In this document: positions 59,425 through 64,000 of the stretch, piece after piece
Layout: every line of letters begins with the position of its first letter
Position numbering within the stretch: position 1 is the stretch's first letter
Assembly (NCBI GenBank): GCA_030704615.1
Contig: CM060734.1
Coordinates: forward strand, 42,222,001-42,286,000
DNA length: 64,000 nt
Direction of reading: 5' to 3'
DNA from: Takakia lepidozioides
Taxonomy: Eukaryota; Plantae; Bryophyta
Notes under the pieces: model-generated
The model's database searches: none
What the model saw: the letters and a program-made list of their open reading frames with translations, nothing else
Told to the model about the DNA's origin: nothing
Program-made: the position numbers and the translations under genes

Positions 59425-60807
59425 TCATGTTTGTGGGCCAACATCTTCCGAGTCCTCCATGGCCTGTGCCAGAATCTGCTCGGCTCGTTTTCTTTTCTCA
59501 TCCTTCTCCTCCTCCTTCCCTGATGAGACACCACCCTTCCCCTTCTTGACAGGTGACCTACTTCGGGCCAAGCTCAGCTGTGCAACAATGGCCTTAGCTC
59601 GAGTCTTTCTTCCCCAATCGAAAGTCAGAGAGACAGGCACCCGATCCTTTGACTCAGGAATTATGCTCCCAGCCTGTTCCTTGGGAGTAACAGCTTCCGA
59701 TTCATCGTGTTCTATACTCTTGGTTGCGACCTTGAGTGCTGGAGCAAAAGCCTCCAGAACAGACGGCACCGCTACCTGCCCATCACCATCAGGTTTGAGT
59801 CCGTCAGCACCAAAGTCTCTCCTAGCAAAAGAAATGGGCGAAAGCTCTCTCTCACCGGCTGGAAGAGGGGCTGCTAGGAATGGGTTTTGCACCATAATTG
59901 CTGGCTTCTTTCCTTTGGCTTTCCCGAGTGAACCCTCCAACTCCATCTTTGCAAGTAGCGCCTCTTGCTCCCTGGAAGACCACTCCTGATGAGACTGAAG
60001 AGATTGGGGGTGTGTGGAGTTCGCAACAAGCTGGGGACCAGGGATCCCTACCCCCTGGGGTGGCCCGGTTGCACCCCAAACTGACCGAGCCCTTGTCTGT
60101 ACCAAAGCTGACCCTGAAGAGGATGCGTCCCCCGCACCCACACCCAATCCCCTGGCAGACAGGCGGAGATGGAGAGCAACAAGCGAGCGTTCTGCCTTGC
60201 GACGCTGTCTGGCCTGCTCAAGTTTATCCATGCAAGGGTCGCTCTTTCGCTCATTCCAAACAGGAGTGGCGCGATAAGTGTGGGGATCCGGAAATGCAGG
60301 CAGCCAGGCAGGTATATGCGGTTGCGGGGGTGTCTCGCCCAGCTGCGCAAAGCTGGGCGGGGCCGCCCGCTTCTTGGATACAGGGAAGTGTGGGACAGGC
60401 CTTGCAAAAGGAATTTCCTCAGAGTATTCCACATACCTCATCACATCCCGCAGGGACGCAGAGCTTGATAGTGAACGGGCCGTATCTGTAGCCGCATTTG
60501 GCCCAGTGCCCACATCCTCCATGGCCAAGATTACATCGAGTGCGTTGCATTGTGTACGCCCTGCCAAATTCGCATAGAAGTGGGCAGCTTTCGCGAGATC
60601 GCTGAGATAACGCAGCGCAATGTCAGCCAAAGCCTCTGCGGCAGAGCGCTGGAATGCGTGAAAACCCAGAGATTCACATACCTGGGCCACCCCCATTTTG
60701 GCTACGGCCCGTCCGAACTCGTCACCGCCGCCTACGCCACTGCTAGCTCCTGAGCCACACATCGCATCCTTCTTCCCCCCTCTATCTTTACTTGATTTTG
60801 CAGCCAT
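59425..60807 (-). CDS. TAF8: TFIID subunit 8 (histone-fold + TAF8 C domain), intronless CDS
   Basis: FGRAVAKMGVAQVCESLGF..ANLAGRTQCN; HIPAWLPAFPDPHTY; QRRKAERSL; 460 aa. Confidence 0.95.
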   Translation of the reverse strand: MAAKSSKDRGGKKDAMCGSGASSGVGGGDEFGRAVAKMGVAQVCESLGFHAFQRSAAEALADIALRYLSDLAKAAHFYANLAGRTQCNALDVILAMEDVGTGPNAATDTARSLSSSASLRDVMRYVEYSEEIPFARPVPHFPVSKKRAAPPSFAQLGETPPQPHIPAWLPAFPDPHTYRATPVWNERKSDPCMDKLEQARQRRKAERSLVALHLRLSARGLGVGAGDASSSGSALVQTRARSVWGATGPPQGVGIPGPQLVANSTHPQSLQSHQEWSSREQEALLAKMELEGSLGKAKGKKPAIMVQNPFLAAPLPAGERELSPISFARRDFGADGLKPDGDGQVAVPSVLEAFAPALKVATKSIEHDESEAVTPKEQAGSIIPESKDRVPVSLTFDWGRKTRAKAIVAQLSLARSRSPVKKGKGGVSSGKEEEKDEKRKRAEQILAQAMEDSEDVGPQT

Positions 60808-61591
60808 GACAAGACTGCTTCAACTCAAGTCATTTTCTCACAGCTCTCTTCTGTTGTCAACTGGGTGCGATAAGAACCGGTGCGCTTCCAACATCGCACT
60901 CAAAGGGACCAAGAAGACCCAAGAAAGAGCCCTATTACGTTGTCACCTCTGTGCACAACGGATTAGTGCAGTTCCAGACTAACCGCCACAAAGAATTTCC
61001 AGGAAAAAAACACCACAGCTCCTTCTCTCTGAACAATCTATCTGATAGCAGGATTCCAGCAACAAACTCCAACAAAGTACAAGGAAAATGGCGACGAGGA
61101 AATCGAAGCTCTCTTCCCCAATCGTCTCCCATGCCTCACGGCTAACGCAGTTGGATCATTAAAGTAAAAGACAAAAAAACTCTCCAAGGCCACCACTGGG
61201 TGTCAATGAACGCGTCCATGCAGCCCTCGTGCGAGAGAACGGAATATCGACTTGAGAGAGACAACCTCCCAACAATAGAAAACTCTAGGAATATTTCAGT
61301 CAATACGCAACTACTACTAACCAGCCGCATTTGTCGCCATTTCAGTTATGAGAACGGTGGCGGCACTGTAAAGTCTTCTCTTGGAATCATCAGAACCGTA
61401 GCTTTGTTGGACTTGAGGAGCTGCATGCAGTAATTGTGTTGGCAAAATTGTGTCGAAAAATCAGCGTCTGCGAAGTCAATGAACACACAAAACTGAGGTT
61501 TGAGGCACTTCAGTAACTTGGAACACAAACGTTCTCCTCCCCTGCTTGACTTGTGAGGGCCGGAAGCTTGTGGGTTTGAGACGACTAAGCT

Positions 61592-63775
61592 ATGTCAGCG
61601 ATCAGAGGTTGTGGTTTACAGAGGTTGTGTAAGAAGGGGGTTTCAAACTAGGCGTAAATGTAGCAGCAATCTCAGTGGAGGAGTACACGCTACGCGCAGA
61701 GGACGTGCTTACCAGGGGGAAGACAGAAGAGCAGGTCACAAGAGAGGCTTCGGAATAGTCGCCGCTACAGGAAGGGGCCTCGAAAGTGAGCATAAGGGTA
61801 GACAAGGAGATGAAATTTTGGCAGATTTGAAGCTCGAATTTAATTCCAATGATGGAGGGGTATGGGCCAACAGCGAGTTGAAGAGAGAGAGCTCTGCGGG
61901 CCAAGAGATTTTGTCAAACGGGACAATTGGAAGAGTTGGAGACCTACTGCACATGCAAGACTTGGGGAACGAACTTGAGGGGTTGGGCATTGAGGGAGAG
62001 GTTGAAGAGAGGAAAGACTCAGACGATTTGGATAAGTGATGATGATTGGAGCACCAGTGGTGTGGGTCCGGGGACGGTCATCTCTCCCACTGCCGGATCT
62101 GAGTGGGTTGAAGAAGACACTAGCAAGCGGATTTGGTTCCAAAATGGTCGAGAGGTAAGTCCGCTCCCATAGAGGAGAGAAAAATTAGTACGTCCCAAAA
62201 GGTCAGAGGTTTAGGGGAAGGAAGAATCATTGCATCCTGAAGGACCCATGAGACACAGTATAACAAGACATTAGAACCACATAAACAGAGAAGTCAGAAG
62301 AATAAAACTCCCGGGAGGAAAAGGAACAACAACAGGAACTTTATAACGTCAAAGGGCGACCCCAGGGCCTGTGGGACAAAGTAGACGTACAAAAGAACGA
62401 ATTTTTATATCGCTAGGTCCAGAGCATGAGGGGGGGCCTATGTGACACGAAAGAGAAGAGAGGGAGAGTGAAAGACACAATTTTCTTGTTAAGGCTAAAA
62501 CTCCAAGATGTTCTTGCTTGTTTCTGTATACTGGGAAAAGCAGGATCCATGGATCACTCGGTTCTATGTGATAAAAGCTCGTTTAAAGTTGACTAGTTAA
62601 TTCCCACATTGCGCGGAATCCTCGAGTATCTCAGGACCACTCTCTTGCACTCTCTTTCTCAACAGTCTTGAGGCTGAGCCAAAAGCCCAGGCCCTCCTGA
62701 GGCCTAGTTTTTGGGCAAATCACACACAGCAGATTGATGCTTGAGTGCAATTGCCCGTTGTGTGGGCAACCTGACGACAATATTCATTTTTTGATTCACT
62801 GTCCGGGGTTCTCTCACCAGAGAGACGGTCTCCTCAAATCTATCAATGAAATTGTGCCTGTACCTCTGTACCAACTTTGAAAGTCTCGAGGCTGAGCCAA
62901 AAGCCCAGGCCCTTCTGGGGCCTAGTTATTGGGCACACCACACACAGCAGATTGATGCTTGTGTGAAGGGATTTCTAGAGGATATCTGGAAAACCTGGAT
63001 CAATGTTTTGTTTCAAGGTAAGTCTTACTACCGACGTCAGCCCCTGACAGAGGTAGGTTCTGTCCCTTTGTGTGCCGCTCAAACTGGGCGCGGGGTCAAT
63101 GGCCACAAGGCTATGGCAAACAAGGTCTTATGAGTACATTCTCTTTCTCAACAGTACTCCAACAAAGTTAGGCATAAAAAGTTGGAGTTATGCAGAATTA
63201 ATCATGCAAAATAATTCCGACTTGAGTGGCTCTCTTGCTGAACTTGTTTGCAGTTTGTGACATTGGTGATGACCTTAAGGATGATCTGAAGGGCCTTCCT
63301 ACCTATTGTCTGCACCAGACTAAAGTTGGAACTCAGGACGGGGAGTCTACCTTTGAACGATGTAACAGATGCAGAAAGGAAAGGGAGATTGTCAATACCT
63401 GATGTGCAAGCGGCCTGGAGAAAACATCATTTACAGATAAAATGTTGGGGGGTATTCTCATCAACAGTGACCCTCTTCAGCACCATCAAGAACATAGTCC
63501 CTGCACCTCTGTTCACAAACTTTCAAAATCTCGAGGGGCTTCTTGCAGCAATTTTCACATGGAATCAACTTTTTGTACTTCAGATGGATGTCAGATTGAC
63601 CGCAGTGAGAACATTGTACGGGAGATGCAGGTCTTTGAAGAGAGGGCATATTTGGTAGGCAGTGAGCGCAAAAGGGCAGGAGAGCGAGCTTTTTTTGGGA
63701 TCACTGAGTCACTAGAGGAACTCTCACAATTGCTGATACTGTAGGACTCTCTGTCGTTGGTTCTACTTACCAAAA
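61592..63775 (+). pseudogene. hflX: Organellar HflX-family GTPase, frameshifted 5' part (2 exons seen; may continue beyond the window)
   Basis: Exon 1 ends RIWFQNGRE|GTAAG (62154). Exon 2 (63631-63775) reads VFEERAYLVG..FGITESLEELSQL(fs)DTVGLSVVGSTYQK|GT. Frameshifts near 61610, 62030 and 63732. Confidence 0.8.
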
Positions 63776-64000
63776 GTACATCTCTCTCTCTTTCTCTTTT
63801 TCTCTCTTGTTCTGCCCAAACTGGGTGTGGGGTCTATGGCCACAAGGCTACAGCAAACAATGTTCCATGAGTACATTCTCTCTTGGTCTAAGTCCTACAA
63901 GGCCGCAGTAAAAACACCCTCTAATGTGTACATCTTTGGGCTTTTTGTGGACATTTTAAAGCTCCAGTACAGCCTGGAGTTGCAATGGACTGTGAGAGGG

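Overview
Nuclear DNA of a non-seed land plant, most likely a bryophyte; the species cannot be fixed from sequence alone. The left ~27 kb is a nest of transposons. A Ty3/gypsy element is split by a non-autonomous CACTA element (203-5547, AAT TSD). The nest also holds a chromovirus fragment, two copies of a 5-bp-TSD MITE, a restriction-endonuclease-type non-LTR retrotransposon with a structured 3' UTR, and tRNA-derived SINEs. Scattered through it are many co-oriented, scrambled fragments of what reconstructs as one gene type: OSB-type PDF ssDNA-binding motifs (WWDNR...PDFKHK, split by introns) joined to a PLS-class PPR array with E and DYW deaminase domains. This PDF-PPR-DYW architecture is the main candidate novelty; here it survives only as pseudogene pieces. 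The right ~37 kb is gene space: a putative GPI-anchored EGF-like protein, a LEA_2/NHL protein, TRM1, a decayed MULE transposase, an intact PLS-PPR ORF paralogous to those fragments with a decayed DYW domain behind its stop, TRS33/TRAPPC6, a piggyBac-like MITE, an RPC34 pseudogene, TAF8 and an HflX pseudogene. All calls come from manual reading and translation; no searches were run.
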